A stretch of 64,000 nucleotides of DNA from Takakia lepidozioides (taxonomy: Eukaryota; Plantae; Bryophyta): assembly GCA_030704615.1 (NCBI GenBank), contig CM060732.1:1922001-1986000 (forward strand), in the 5' to 3' direction. Numbering within the stretch: position 1 is the stretch's first letter; each line of letters begins with the position of its first letter. Below, in pieces: positions 25,910 through 38,366 of this stretch. Below the pieces are notes generated by a model, which was not told where the DNA came from, did not search any database, and was given only the letters and a program-made list of their open reading frames with translations. Position numbers and translations under genes: made by a program.

Positions 25910-27945
25910 ACGTAGAGGTAATTCGGAGCGCTGCACGATGGAATTCCGGCGCCGGATTTCCATCCTGCAGGTAATTCGGAGCGCAGCAGGATGGATATCC
26001 GGCGCCGAATTTCCATCCGCGGAGGTAGGGCGGCGGTGGAAATTTCCCTCAGGCAGGTAATTCGGAAGCGCGCGGATGGAAATCCGGCGCCGAATTCCCA
26101 TCCGCGGAGGTAGTGGAGCGGTGGAAATTTCCCTCATGCAGGTAATTCGGAAGCGCGCGGATGGAAATCCGGCGCCGAATTCCCATCCGCGGAGGTAGGG
26201 CGGCGGTGGAAATTTTCCCTCATGCAGGTAATTCGGAAGCGCGCGGATGGAAATCCGGCGCCGAATTCCCATCCGCGGAGGTAGGGCGGCGGTGGAAATT
26301 TCCCTCATGCAGGTAATTCGGAAGCGCGCGGATGGAAATCCGGCGCCGAATTCCCATCCGCGGAGGTAGGGCGGCGGTGGAAATTTCCCTCATGCAGGTA
26401 ATTCGGAAGCGCGCGGATGGAAATCCGGCGCCGAATTCCCATCCGCGCAGGTAGGGCGGTGCGCCAAATTTCCCTCAAGCAGGTAATTCGGCGCCGAATT
26501 TCCCTCCTGCAGGTAATTCGAATCCCGGATGAATGGAAATTCGGCACCGAATTTCCATCCAGCAGGTAAGTCGAATCCCGCATAAATGAAATTCGGCGCC
26601 GAATTTCCATCCTGCAGGTAATTCGAATCGGTACCAAATGGATATTCGGCGCCGAATTTCCATTCGCCATGTATTTCTGAGCGTGGAATTACCTTCGTGC
26701 AGGTAATTCCCAGATGAGAATTACCTTCGTGCAGGTAATTCCCATATAAGAATTACCCTCGTGCAGGTAATTCTGGACGAGGAATTCACATCGATTGGAA
26801 TTACCTGCAGGATGGTAATTCTCATCTGGAAATTACCTGCACGCAGGTAATTCTTATATGGGAATTACCTGCACGAAGGTAATTCTCATCTGGGAATTAC
26901 CTGCACGAAGGTAATTCCTGGCTCAGAAATAAATGGCGAATGGAAATTCGGCGCCGAATATCCATACGGCACCGATCCGACTTACATGCTGGATGGAAAT
27001 TCGGCGCCGAATTTCCATTTATGCGGGATTCGGCTTACGTGCTTGATGGAAATTCGGCGCCGAATTTCCATTTATCCGGTATTCGAATTACCTGCAGGAT
27101 GGAAATTCGGCGCCGAATCTCCATCCATCCGAGATTCCACTTATCTGCTGGATGGAAATTCGGCGCCGAATTTCCATTCATCCGGGATTCCACTTACCTG
27201 CTGGATGGAAATTCGGCGCCGAATTTCCATTCATCCGGTATTCGAATTACCTGCAGGATGGAAATTCAGCGCCGAATCTCCATCCATCCGAGATTCCACT
27301 TACCTGCTGGATGGAAATTCGGCGCCGAATCTCCATCCATCCGGGATTCCACTTACCTGCTGGATGGAAATTCGGCGCCGAATTTCCATCCGGGGGATGG
27401 TCTCTGTCGGAGAGGTGCCGCCTCTCCGCCGCTCTGTTGGATATTCGGTGCCGAATTTCCGTCCCGGGGGTTGAAATATGACGGCCAGGTGCCGACCTCT
27501 CCCTTCTCCCCGACTGCATTGGAACGGCCCCGAATTGAAATTCGGCGCCGTTTTCCCATCTGGGGAGGTTTTTATGTCGGCCAGTTTTCGGTCTGACCCC
27601 CCGACAAGACTTCCTTTGGGGGGCCCGGATGGAAATTCGGCGCCGAATCTACATCCAGGGGATGTTCTCTGTCGCACACTCGCCGGCCTCTGCGCCCGAG
27701 GCGACTTCATCCGGGCGTACCGTGTTCGATATTCGGTGCCGAATTTCCGTCCGGGGGTTGAAATGTGACGGCCAAGTGCAGGCCACTCCCCCCTCCCCGA
27801 CTGCATCCGAACCGCCCCGGATGGAAATTCGGCGCCGAATCTCCATCCAGGGGATGTTCTCTGTCGCACACACTCCGGCCTCTGCGCCCGAGGCGTCTTC
27901 ATCCGGGCTTCCTCTGTTGGATATTGGGTGCCGAATTTCCATTCG
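25910..27945. repeat. Arrays of palindrome GGATGGAAATTCGGCGCCGAATTTCCATCC (85-bp and 53-bp periods) around a central inverted repeat with 32-bp AATTACC..GGTAATT units
   Basis: 85-bp units at 26053, 26138, 26224, 26309, 26394 and 26479. Nine 53-bp units at 26941-27365. Perfect 30-bp palindrome at 27362-27391. Orientation flips near 26790. Confidence 0.95.
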
Positions 27946-28244
27946 GGGGTAGTAATGTGAGGGCACGGTGCCGGCTTCTCCCCTTCAGCCGTCATCATCC
28001 GGACGGCCCCCCACTTTCTGACTGCATACCGTTGGCAGTTATTGCGCAAAGACCAGGGCCGCATTCCGGAGACAAGGTTCATTAACACTCTGACTGTGGA
28101 TTTTTGAGATAGTTGGCTCCCTGGATTTGGATCAGGCTTCGTCGCTCGGACAAATCGGCATCGCATTCATTCCCATCGCTGCACCCCCTTCTACCAGGGA
28201 GCTTCCCCGCACGCCATCCTGGCAGTCTTGTGTGCACATCTCCC

Positions 28245-31200
28245 ATGGCGGAAAACCCGAGCGCTACAGTGTACTGCCCTCCTCACGAGCATAGAGCTTC
28301 ATTTCCGTGCAGAGGGGACACCTGCCGGGTGATGGAGAAATATCTGTGCGTTCGATACCACCTGAAACCGGGGTCGGTTTTTTTGGAGGAGGAAAGGAAG
28401 GACTCAAACGGCCTTGTTGTCGAGAGTATTGTTGTGCTCCACGATGATTTCGGCGATGGCAGGGAATGGCGAGTTCCACCATCGGACAGCGTCATATACA
28501 GGGCTGTTGGGGACTTCATTTGCCCGCCAAATGCACCGTCTATCCTGGCGCCTTCCACGAAACAATCCGCGAATCAGAGAGTGGGTACCTCAAAGAGAGA
28601 AGTCCGCAACGAAGTAAATCCAGAGCCGAACCCATCCATGAAGACGACCGAGAACCGGGTTGTTCACAACCTGTCCGACTCAGACGAGGTCATGGAAGTT
28701 CCGAGGTCGTCCTGGAGATCAGGCAAGTCCTCAATGGACGTCAGTGGAGGAGGGAGTCATATTCCCAGCACGAGCACCGCAGTTCGATCTATTCTAGAAA
28801 TTCTGCGAGGGCTTCACCTGGAAGGACACCGGTCGGAGCTGGCCGGGCTGGACTACAGCAAGTTCGCAATTAAATCGGTTACATGCCTTCCCGCCGACGT
28901 CGACGGTAATATCTTCTTTGAGTTCCCTCCTCGGGCGGACTACTCGAGGGCGTCCGGAATGTTGACAGATATGGATAGAAAACATGACGGTCATCCTTGG
29001 TGCGTTACCAAAACCACCAGCATGAAGATGCTTGATGGTGTGCGGGTGCGCTACGTTGTTTGTGCGGGCGCGTTGCGGTGTTTCTCCCCAACTTGCTTCC
29101 ACTTTAAATCCAGAGGTCACAGGAACGAGACCGATTGGACAGGCACAGCTCACCAACCATTTCGAGCTCAGGAGAAGGTTCCGAACTCCACATTTAAGTG
29201 TGCGCATTGCAAAGAACCACCACACTGCATGTCTGTTTGTAATGCCAAGCAGTTCTATGTGTTGCACCGTTTCCCTGACCTCACCCGAGCTTGCATACAC
29301 GTTGGTTCCCATTGTCACAAATTGGCGAGGGGGAACTCGCGGGAGGCTGCCCACGAAGCAGAGCAGCTCGTTCAGGAGGAGGTTAAGTTGAGACCGGGTG
29401 CCAAACCCAAACAGATACAGCTCCAAGCCGCCCATAAGATGGCATTGGCCAGAATTATGTCGGAAGACGGCTCCGATAGAGTTCCTCTCGACGAGAAGGA
29501 AATGGAGGCATTGCTGGAGTCGGTGTCCCACGTATGTTCACCGAATGTCCGAAACCACATTGTCTCATGCAAACAGAAAATTGGGCGTGGCTCGGATATG
29601 CACTCCATTCTGGAGGTGAAGCGACGATGTGGATATGACTACATTCATGGAAGTAGGTTTCCAGGACAAGGGACTGAGGCAGATCGTTGTTTCGTATTCA
29701 AAATGTCCACGTGTGGACCTGGCAGTGGCGTCGAACTGGTCGACAGGATGACGAGTGGGAACTTGTCAAACAGTTGGGTCATGTTCGACCATATCAAGCG
29801 AATTACAAATCACCAGTGGGTGACAATGGGTGCACATGTCTACGACACCCACTGCAGGATGCTAATGACAATTGCTATTTGTGAGATGAAAGGAGAGGAC
29901 ACACAATCGGAGATGCTTCTTTGGCAGGGAATAAACGAACAGATGGCCAAGGCGGGATTGCCCCCTCCCAATTTCCGTGGTTTCATGGCGGACAACGCAC
30001 AAGCAAATTGGGCTGCCATCCGAAGGGTGTACGGGCAAGACCCCAATGTTCCCATGGAAGGCAAGGAGAGATCTTGTGGGTTCCATTTTCTGCAGAGCCT
30101 TTCGCAGTACACAACCAGGCTCGTGGCGCCAGATTTCAGAGAGGAGCACCGTTCCATGTGCCTTGCGTGGAAGCGCGCTCCCACCTTGGATGATGCAGAG
30201 ACACAGTTTGCATGCATACGGGCTTGGTGGACATCGTCAGGTGCTGTAAGGAAATCAGACGAAGGAGCAATGGTCAGTTGGCTAGCATGGTGGCATTATC
30301 GTTTCCTCCAGTTCGGCGACTATATGCGGGAGGTGAGTTGCACGAATTCGCGTCCCGTTGGATATTATTCTTGGCCATATTTGTAACTTGCTTGTAACCT
30401 GAACATGTGCTTGTGCAGGAAATGTGTCTCGACTCCGACACCGACATGCCCACGACAAACATGGCCGAATCAGTGCACTCTTCCTGGCGTGCCTCCTCTG
30501 CGGCGCATCTGGTGGACATCCTCACTGCCACAACGGAGGACATTGTGAGGTCAATTATGCAGCAATGCAGGTACAACGAGTTCTTGAAAGGGAAACAGTG
30601 GGGCTTGGGGCCGGACAGGCAGGAAATGCTGATGCGGACTGCCTCCAGATCGAAGAATCCTCGGAAGTGGGCGGCGGCCTTGCGAGAGGGCCTTCGGGAC
30701 ACGCCATTGCTGCGAAGAGGCCAACATTTGGAAGGAGATGTTCATACCCGTCCAGTGAGACGAAGACTTGACGAGGCACCTGGCGGAGAAGAGGATTCAT
30801 GGCGAGCTGACAAGAATATTCGCACGCTCCCTCGTGGTCCGGTGATGTTGTCCGAGGAGGTCTCGTCGAGCACCGGAAGTCCTGCACGTTCAAGATCGCC
30901 ATCTCCTTTGAGCACAGGGCGCGTGCCCCGGCAACATAACGAGCCATCTGTAGTAAAGCAATACAACATTCCCATTGTGGAGACAAGAGTGTCGGAGTCA
31001 CAGTGGAGAATTGCGAGGACATTGCCGGCATTTCGAGGGAAGTGTTGCGCCATCCGGGTGGATACGAGAGCACGCTGTGGTGAGATGATTCGGAGGAACC
31101 CACACGGTGCTGTACCTGCACCTTGTTTCAGCGGCAGATTTTTGACTCCCACATTTGCTCACGCCACAACGCAGACATTTTGGTTCTGTAGGCACGACAT

Positions 31201-31837
31201 AATGACCTGTGTATTTGGCAAGCCCAAGTACGGGATTCAGGGAATGCCGGAGCCTCCGGGCGTCTGGCCTGTTGCACCGGGTTGCAGCCTCTCTCAGAAT
31301 GAGGCGGATGCTCTATCTGCAGCAGGATTTCGAATGGTGCAACGCACAGACATCCCGGCCCACGCATTTCCGGTTCCTCAGACCCAGCCATTGCAGACTG
31401 CTCGGTCCAGTAGAGACGGATTGGACAATTCTGCACATCCCACAATGCGATTCGGAAGAGTGAAGAGACGACACCCTCCCAACAAGTTGAATGAGACTCG
31501 GATTGCCAATGCTCTTGGGATGGCTTGCACTATTCAGAGCTCCGTGGACGTACCCCCACCCGGCCTTGGGCGTGTGTATCGGATGGCAACGGCCGGCTCG
31601 GCTGTACGCGACGATGTATACACAATTACGATTGGAGTGGAGCCGACTTGCAACTGTACGGACTTCTCGTTGATGGAAGCAAAGAAGGGTTCGAAGTATT
31701 ATCCGTGCAAGCATCTGTATTACATTTACCTGAAGAGGTTGAGGATGAACGTGACTATTGATGACTTTATTCATGCACCGGCGTTGAGCGTGAACGAGCT
31801 GCACAAACTCCTCCTTAGGGATTCCAGAAATCATTGA
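28245..31837 (+). CDS. Apparently intact MULE-type transposase, 1168 aa, exons 28245-30332 and 30419-31837 (GCM-like Zn domain, DDE, SWIM)
   Basis: Cys/His-rich DGHPW..CAGALRC..CAHC..C..HCH region, then WVMFDH, FMADNAQA, CGFH, TTNMAESVH and SWIM CNCTDF..PCKH. Phase-0 GT-AG intron 30333-30418 at the same site as in copy 1. No stops after splicing. Confidence 0.88.
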
Positions 31838-31994
31838 TGGGGCAAACGGAATCCTCCATATGGATATTTTCAAATGCATTTTGCTGTATCAGACTTTTTT
31901 TTTGCAGTGTAATGAAATGCACCCCAAAACTCCTGGAATGAGGCAATATTCCATTCAAACTGAGATCCAACAGAAGCAGTTGTGGGGCCATTTC

Positions 31995-32613
31995 TGGAAA
32001 AATGGCGCCGAATTTCTCTTTTTGGGGCCGAAAACTCGCTAAGTCCCAACATGCACTGGTACCTGTGTTTGGGAAAATGGCGCCGAATTTCTCTTTTTGG
32101 GGCCGAAAACTGGCTAAGTCCCAACATGCACTGGTACCGTGTTGGAAAAATGGCGCCGAATTTCTCTTTTTTGGGCCGAAAACTGGCTAAGTCCGAACAT
32201 TCACTGGAAAAATGGCGCCGAATTACCTGTCATGAGGGGACCTATAGCCGCGGAATTCGGCACCATTTTTCGCCAGAGAGACCTATTGCCGCGAAATACG
32301 TCGCCGTTTTTTCAGGTTACGGACCCTATTACCGCGAAATTCGGCGCCATATTTGCACATGTCGCTGGGAATTGGCATGAGCGGAAGACGAAATATCATG
32401 AGCACAACTGTCAAAAGTGCAATTTTCCCTTCAAGGGGCCGAATAATATATTTGTTTTTCCTGACACATTGCATTAAATTATTGTTTTTTATTGTTTTTT
32501 ATTTTCGAAATTTGTACTTCTGCTCATGAAAACCAATTGTGTTACTACTCTGCTCATGCCGCTCATGCCACTCATGCCGCTCATGCCGCTCATGCTCATG
32601 AAATAGCAAACCT
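31995..32613. repeat. Right subterminal and terminal repeats of MULE copy 2
   Basis: GGAAAAATGGCGCCGAATTT units near 32003, 32078, 32151 and 32213; (GCTCATGCC)n at ~32552-32600. Confidence 0.85.
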
Positions 32614-35600
32614 CATTGTAGGATGCAAGGCCATCCTTCCAGATCTCTGCAAAGGTCCTAGCCTCTGACATTCATCACACTTCTGACAATACTCGTGTAC
32701 ATCTTTGAACAAAGTAGGCCACCAGTATCCTGCGAGTAGTATCTTTCTACTGGTAGTCTCTTCTCCAAAATGACCTCCAGCCACTCCTTTATGAACTTCC
32801 GCCAAAACTTTATTTACTTCATGGTGGTACAAGCATCGTTTTAGTACTCCATCAGGTCCTAACTTATACATTCTGCTTCCTACCATAGTATAAGGTAAAG
32901 CTTTGATAGCAATTCTCTTCCTCTGCTCCTTACCATAACTAGGTGGGCACTGACCATGAGCAAGGTAGTATCTGATTGGCCACTGCCAATCTAACCAGTC
33001 ATCTGCACTTCCCTGCACCTCCACTGCAAAGAGACTCGCATCTGGTAATTGATCATCTATTCCTGTGGCTGGTTCTCCTTTTGACAATCGTGACAAATGA
33101 TCCGCCACAAGATGCAGTCTCCCAGGCTTGTAAACAACCTCGAACTCAAACTCGTGCAAGATTATCAACCATCTTGCTATTCTTCCGCTTATCAGAGGTT
33201 TGTTTACCAGGTATATCAGAGCCTGGTGATCCACATAGAACATAAACTTCTTGCCCAACAGGTAATGCCTGAATTTCTTCACTGCATAGATCATTGCCAA
33301 TGCTTCTCTTTCCGTTGTGCTATAGTTCCTCTCAGCACTGTTCATCAACCGGCTAGCATAGTACACAGGTGAATCTATATTCCCTGTAACATTCTGGGCT
33401 AACACCGCTCCCAACGCTTCTCCTGATGCATCGCAGTGAACATGGAATACTACATGCCAGTGAGGGTTAATCAGCACAGGTGTAGTTTGTTTCTGACAGT
33501 GTAAGTTCCTCAAATGCCTGTTGACATTCAGCTGTCCCAGGCAACACTGCAATCTTTCTTCAGTAGTTTGCTCAATGGTGCTGCTATTTGTGCATACCTT
33601 TGACAAATCTCTGTAATAACTGGTTTGCCCAAGGAATCTCCGTAGACTTTTAACATTCACTGGTGGTGGAGAGGCTTTAATGGACTCCGTCTTTCTGGGA
33701 TCCACAAGGAGTCCCTTCTTACACACAATGTGTCCCAGAAGCACCCCTGAGTTCACACAGAAAGTACACTTCTCTGGATTCAGGCCCAGACCTCTCATCA
33801 TGCATCTGGCAAACATAACTCCAATTTATGCAAGTGCTCACTCTTAGAGCTGTACACACTGAAATCATCCAAGAATACATGCATGAAATCATCCATACTC
33901 ATGAAAAGATTCACTTATCACTCTCTGAAAGGTCGCTGGTGCATTACAAAGTCCAAAGGGCATGACTTTGTATGCATAAGCCCCCCAGTCTGTGATGAAA
34001 GCTGTTTTCCCTTGGTCTTCTTCTGCCACCTGATGCACTTGATTATAACCACTGAAGCCTCCATGAATGAGTACATCTCATGGCCTGCCACAGTGTCTAA
34101 TACTGCTTTGTGAATGGCAAAGGGAAAGGATCTTTCTTTGTACAAGCATTCAGCTTCTTATAGTTCACACATACTCTTAGTTTGCCATTCTTCTTGGGAA
34201 CTATAACAATGGGTGACAACCAAGTTGTATACTCTATTGGGTATATAAACTTAGCCTCAGCCAACTTCTTTATCTCTTCTCCAACCTTCTGTGCGTAGTT
34301 GGGATTCATTCTATACCTCGCCTGCTTGATTGGTACTGACCCTGGTTCCAGTTCATCTTATGCTGACAGACTTCAGGTGGTATCCCTTTAGATCCTCATA
34401 GCTCCAAGCAATACATCTCTGTATTTGATGAACAAGCTTTTTTTTCGAAGAATTCCGGCTCCAAATCAGCTCCTACTTCACACCATCCTCGGTTCCTCCT
34501 TAGTTCCCACATTTACTTCTCTCTCTCACCTGCTCATCAGCTGTGATTGTCCAACCAGTCACCACTTCATCCTGTAAGCTCACAGTGGCTGGTTCTTCTA
34601 GGATTTCTATTTCTCCTTCTCTCTCTTCATAGAAATGTGATGGGTAATTGCTGGTTTCCTTCCTCTTCAGTTGGTGTTGCTGTCACTACACCACAGCAGA
34701 TACCTCTCAAACAACTTAGGCTTCCAGCCGCATCTCTGCAACCTGCTCCCACTCTGGGTGTGCAGCAAATAGGGTAGCTTCCTGCTCCTCATCCAGTCTC
34801 CTCTCTAGTCAACTCTCTGACTCCTCGAGGTCTTCTTGTAGCAGGTAATCTACTAGATTTCTTTGTGGTAATTTGTATCTCGTGTATCCCATTATGCACG
34901 GTTAGTAACTGAGAATTTCAGTCATGGAATACCCTGGCCTATTTCAGCCACGGTCGTCCCAATAATAAGGAGTAAGCCTCCATGACTTCATCCATTCTAA
35001 TACAGTTACTGTGATCATAAAGATCATTTCTGTATCTGTATCTTAACTCCTCTTATTAATCCCAATGGCTGCACACTTCTTTGATCTGCCATTGTTACTG
35101 TAAATGGGGCTGGTTTCATGTTACTTAGACCAAGCTTCTTCCTTAATTGGTCTGTCATGATATTTACTCCAGAACCACCATCTATCAGTACATCAGTTAG
35201 TTCTGTGCTTCCAATTCTCAATTGGATTACTGGCATAGAATCATCAAAGTCCATGACTGGTTCTCGCCCTTCCCTCCGGCTTCACATTATAACTGGTCAC
35301 CTTGCTGTTCAGGTCTGTGTTTCCTGTCTCTTGGGCAATTCGATTGATTGCTTGATACAGCCTGTGCTACAATAAGGTGCCACAGCTAATAGCTGTCCAA
35401 TGGTAATTTCTGCTTTGGTCTGACATATTACTTCAGCCAAAGTCTCTTCATTACTTTGCATGTCTGCATCTTCTTTTTTCCTTTCTTCCTCACTCCCCTT
35501 CTTTTTCTCCATCCGAATCAGAGAATCTGCCACAGGAATATCAGTACTCTTTTGCATTTCCCTTATAGTATCTGCCACTTCCTTGTGCAGTTCCTTCTCA

Positions 35601-37755
35601 TCTCTCCAAGCCTCTTCATCTTCAGGCATATCATTGCCACTTCCAGTCTCATCTTCTTCCTCTTCTACTGGAGGTATTAGTTTGGCTTTACTTCTTGTTA
35701 CTATCATTGTACTTACTTCTGGTACAACACATGGCCTAACCATGTGAGCTGCCACCACTGGGCCCTCATTCACAGGAGCTCTCATCTCATTCTGGTGTCT
35801 TATCCAGAATGAACAGGCTGCCTTGCGATGTCTTGGCTGATTACAATAGTAACATAGCTCTTCACCATTGGGTCCTCGCCCTTGGTCTGTTCTTGGATTA
35901 TTTCTATAATCCTGATTCCCGGGCTGGTAATTCCCCCTTGGATTACCCTGATAGTTGCCTCTGGAATTTCCTTGGTAATTCCCTCTTGAATTACCTCTCC
36001 CTTCCATGCCATTGTTATAACCACCAGACCTACCATAGTGGTCCTGATCATTGTTTCTTCTTGGCTGGGGCTGCACCTGATGCACCCTTATTTGCCTAGG
36101 TTCTCTTGCAGCTGTCCTTCTGTTGTAGTAACAATTCTCAGTAGAATGGTTATCCATTTTACAGATAGTACAGTGTTTCTCCTTCATGTGGCATTCTGTG
36201 TGGTATGGCCTTCATTCTGGCACTTTTGCACACCATACACCCTTCCTCCAATGTGTTGCAGCCTCTGTGGCATACTTCTTCAAGATTTCTTCCAATTTTT
36301 TTTTCATAGTTATCCCTCTTCAACTTCTCCTTTCTCTTACTCTTTCTTTTTAGTTCTTGCTCTTCTTCTTCATCTGACTCATCCTCAGAGTCCTCCTCTT
36401 CTTTTTTCTCTCTCCTGAGCATTCCCAATTGCTCAATTCTGTTCGCAGTTTCAAATGCCTCCTCCACTGTATTATGGGGTAACATATCCACTTTCTTTTG
36501 CAACTCTGGTCTTAGTCCACTCACAAACCAAGTCTTCTGTAACCCGGGCGCTGGTACTGCAGCCAGCTTTTTCATCATCAATTCCATCTTCTCCATATAC
36601 TCTTCAACAGTTTCATGCTTCTTCTGCTTCAGCTGTTGTAAACTTCCATACACTTCATCCTCAGTTTTACTTGTCCTGAACCTATTTCGAAATGCTCTAT
36701 TCAAGCCATTCCAGGTTAGGAAATGATTATCAGGAAATCTTGCATACCATTCACTTGCTTTCTTGATAAGTGAACAAGGAAACAGTCTCATCTTGGCATC
36801 ATCGCCATTCTCATTGTTCACTATACACATGTGCTCAAATTGGCTAATGTGTACATCGGGATCCCATTTTCCTGAATATATTGGAAAGGGTGGTTTTGCC
36901 CGTGTTGGTTGTAACGCCATCTGTGGCCCTACCTTCTGCCCACTGACAGGTGCTGGCACCCTTGCTGGTGCTGGTCCTTCTGGACCTGTTGTTTTTGTGG
37001 TGGATCTTCCACCAAGTGGTGGCCCTTGAGCACTCCCTTGCTTCTGGCCCCACGATATTCACAGTATCCAGCTTCAGTTGCACTACTTCCCACACTCCCT
37101 GTCCCCCCAGAGCCAGATCCAGGCAGCCCGCCTGATCCCCCTGAGCCGACACCTTCGTTGGCCTGTGATCCAAGTGCTCCACTTGATCCAGGTCCAACGG
37201 GTTGGGATGTCCTGGTTTAGTCTCAACCTCAGCTGTTGGGTCTACTTCTTCATATTCTTCCTCTTCTAATTTCTTCTCTCTGTTTTCATCCTCCAAGTTC
37301 TGCCCTTGGGTTTCTTCTTCACTCATGTAACTCAACTGTAATGGTGTTGGAGAGTCTGAACTCTCCGTTGGCTCTGCCACATCCTCTTCTCTTCTCCTTC
37401 TTCACCTTCTGCTTCAGAAACTGGAGTTCCTGCTTTTGGTGTTCCATGCCAACTCTTATCAAAGATTTCTGTCAAGTCTTTTATCCAAGGATGTACCTCA
37501 GATCTTTCACCTCGTGATTGATCTTCTTCCTGTACCAATTCCCTTAGTCTTTCTTGCAAAGAAACAGAAGGAGTGGCATCCAACTCTAGTTCTTCCGGTA
37601 TAGGTGATGCACTCTTTGATCTTGGTGGTGTGAGAGAGTCCAGATGATTCCCCTATGTCTATTCCTCTCTCCCAAAGATATGGATAATTAGCTTTCAGAT
37701 AGCTTTCTCTTTTTGCTGAATATCTCTGTCGTCTAGCTTCTCTTTCATCACTCAT
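32614..37755 (-). pseudogene. gag-pol of copy B (gag to integrase N-terminus), many frameshifts
   Basis: Colinear with copy A 2120-7258; numerous 1-2 bp indels between ~33480 and 37700. Confidence 0.93.
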
Positions 37756-37776
37756 GTCCCATGTCTTTCATTTCTT

Positions 37777-38365
37777 TTAATGTGGCAATAACCAAAACTC
37801 TCTTCTGTAATATCTCTCGTATATGCCTGGGTTTCTTTCAAGCTTCAATGCACCCTTGGCTATACTTGAAGTCTCCGTTACCATATAACCATATGGCAAA
37901 CAAGTCTGAAAAGCTGTTCTTGGTGTGAGTTTGATCCACAAAATATCCTTTGGAATCCAATTTTTTACCAGTACCAGCTCTTCATGCATATGAGTATAAA
38001 CATTCACCTTTCTTTCTTCCCAGCCTTCAAACTCTACTCGTTTAATGGATAGCAATGCTATCACATAAACCAATGTTGGTAACCAACGTGCTCTTCCTCT
38101 ACAGGCTACCTGATAAATCTTTATCACTCCTTTTCTCCAGACCCCATTCTGGATCAGCATCATGCACTCGTTTAAGAATATTTTCTTTACAACCGTCTGG
38201 CAATTCCAAGAACCTTTGAAAGAATTGTTTGGACAATCTTTCTTCCTTCGTTCCACAGGGAATTTGATTCACTTCAAATTCTTTAATGGTCCAACCACCA
38301 TGATCCCACCAGATGCCTGTCACATCTGGTTGTTCATGTCCCAGGTCCCCCAGTATGGTCGCCAA
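37777..38365 (-). pseudogene. Upstream ORF of copy B (frameshifted)
   Basis: Same protein as 7280..7774, split across two frames. Confidence 0.55.
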
Positions 38366-38366
38366 A

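Larger units (their letters stand above)
22528..32613 (+). mobile_element. Mutator-like (MULE) DNA transposon copy 2 with two divergent genes; left terminus lost
   Basis: Interrupts the integrase, and ~104 bp of host sequence (equivalent to 2016-2119 of copy A) is missing, so there is no TSD. Inverted subterminal units at 22609-22660 versus ~31995-32225; GCTCATG repeats at the right terminus. Confidence 0.87.

Noticed and set aside
25763-28166. ORFs with repeated MEIRRRISI / DGNSAPNFH / WKFGAEF peptides
   Set aside because: These are translations of palindromic tandem repeats that stay open in several frames on both strands.
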